Source: Bacteriovoracaceae bacterium (GTDB lineage Bacteria; Bdellovibrionota; Bacteriovoracia; Bacteriovoracales; Bacteriovoracaceae). Taken from it: 64,000 nucleotides of DNA. The notes beneath the pieces were generated by a model. The model ran no database searches. It was not told the DNA's origin and saw only the letters and a program-made list of their open reading frames with translations. The stretch lies in contig JAONMX010000002.1 in NCBI GenBank assembly GCA_028378565.1, positions 8,966-72,965 of the forward strand, given 5' to 3'. Shown here one piece after another: positions 63,592 through 64,000 of this stretch (position 1 is the stretch's first letter; every line of letters starts with the position of its first letter). Made by a program: the position numbers and the translations under genes.

Positions 63592-63960
63592 ATGTCAATA
63601 AACTCAAGAAGAAACTTCTTTAAGAAAGCATTTTTTGGAGCTGCTTCAATTGCTTTTTTAAAATCATCAGAAACATTAGCTGCTCTTGCAAAGTCTTGTC
63701 CTCAAGCTGCACCAACTACTGATAAGGTGAAGAAAAAGCTATTAGATATCAATAGTAAAACTGCAAAGAGAATTGATTATGTGGTCAATGCTCCAGATGC
63801 AAAAGCTCATAAGAAATTTAAGGCCGGTAGTAACTGTGCTAATTGTAAATTCTATAAAGCTGATAAGAAAGAGCCTGTGTATGGTAGATGTGCTATGGCA
63901 GCTAATAAGTATGTTCCATCTTGTGGATGGTGTAAGAGTTATAGACCAGCAAAGAAGTAA
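63592..63960 (+). CDS. High-potential iron-sulfur protein (HiPIP) with a Tat signal
   Basis: Twin-arginine SRRNFFKK. Cys pattern C-x2-C-x13-C-x12-C (CANCKFY...GRCAM...GWCKSY). Confidence 0.85.
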   Translation: MSINSRRNFFKKAFFGAASIAFLKSSETLAALAKSCPQAAPTTDKVKKKLLDINSKTAKRIDYVVNAPDAKAHKKFKAGSNCANCKFYKADKKEPVYGRCAMAANKYVPSCGWCKSYRPAKK

Positions 63961-64000
63961 TTATTATTAAATCAATTAAGGCCTAACCTTTTATTCATTT

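Noticed and set aside
1-64000. Search for mobile elements, prophage or defence islands, tRNA/rRNA genes and CRISPR arrays
   Set aside because: No transposase, integrase, recombinase, phage structural gene, restriction, helicase-nuclease or cas-like ORF appears in the six-frame track. There are no terminal inverted repeats flanking a compositionally distinct block. No tRNA-like GC-rich cloverleaf segments appear in the intergenic regions.

Overview
This is an AT-rich chromosomal segment with about 60 tightly packed protein-coding genes. I found no rRNA, tRNA, CRISPR array, transposase, integrase or phage gene. The gene content suggests a Bdellovibrio-and-like predatory bacterium of the Bacteriovorax/Halobacteriovorax type. 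Supporting features are a TIGR02147/DUF4423-like paralog, many secreted proteins and lipoproteins of unknown function, a serine-palmitoyltransferase locus and an 18-repeat IPT/TIG surface protein. This taxonomic placement is inference only.

Recognisable modules:
- **Sulfide/persulfide detoxification (11.6-14.8 kb):** a BigR-operon-like set (MBL-fold dioxygenase-like enzyme, two YeeE/YedE genes, TauE/SafE), but with a Crp/Fnr-type regulator and two FNR-type boxes. It sits next to an OsmC-YcaO fusion gene.
- **Arsenic (16.3-17.5 kb):** arsC translationally coupled to an aquaglyceroporin.
- **Carbamoyltransferase module (21.4-24.1 kb):** a di-iron protein gene, a carbamoyltransferase and an unannotated 40-aa DUF5989-like micro-ORF.
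- **Surface protein (29.3-34.4 kb):** a 1695-aa lipoprotein with 18 tandem IPT/TIG repeats.
- **Ceramide/sphingolipid locus (34.6-43.4 kb):** Spt, a GNAT-fold acyltransferase and an SDR reductase, plus a fatty-acid hydroxylase, a PAP2 phosphatase, a secreted SRPBCC-like protein and an FAD oxidoreductase.
- **Envelope signalling operon (55.3-60.6 kb):** a FecR-domain protein, a TPR/beta-barrel outer-membrane protein and a CHASE2 class III adenylate cyclase.
- **Housekeeping genes:** xth, pepN, fba, hemF, HiPIP, a fused E1 alpha/beta dehydrogenase, an S9 peptidase and an ABC-F ATPase.

Four genes between 7 and 24 kb look disrupted. Three lesions are frameshifts, each repairable by adding one base in a short homopolymer. 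Two are in-frame stop codons. This could be a read or assembly artefact or real gene decay.

All functional calls come from motifs read by eye in the supplied translations. No database search was possible, and start codons are provisional.
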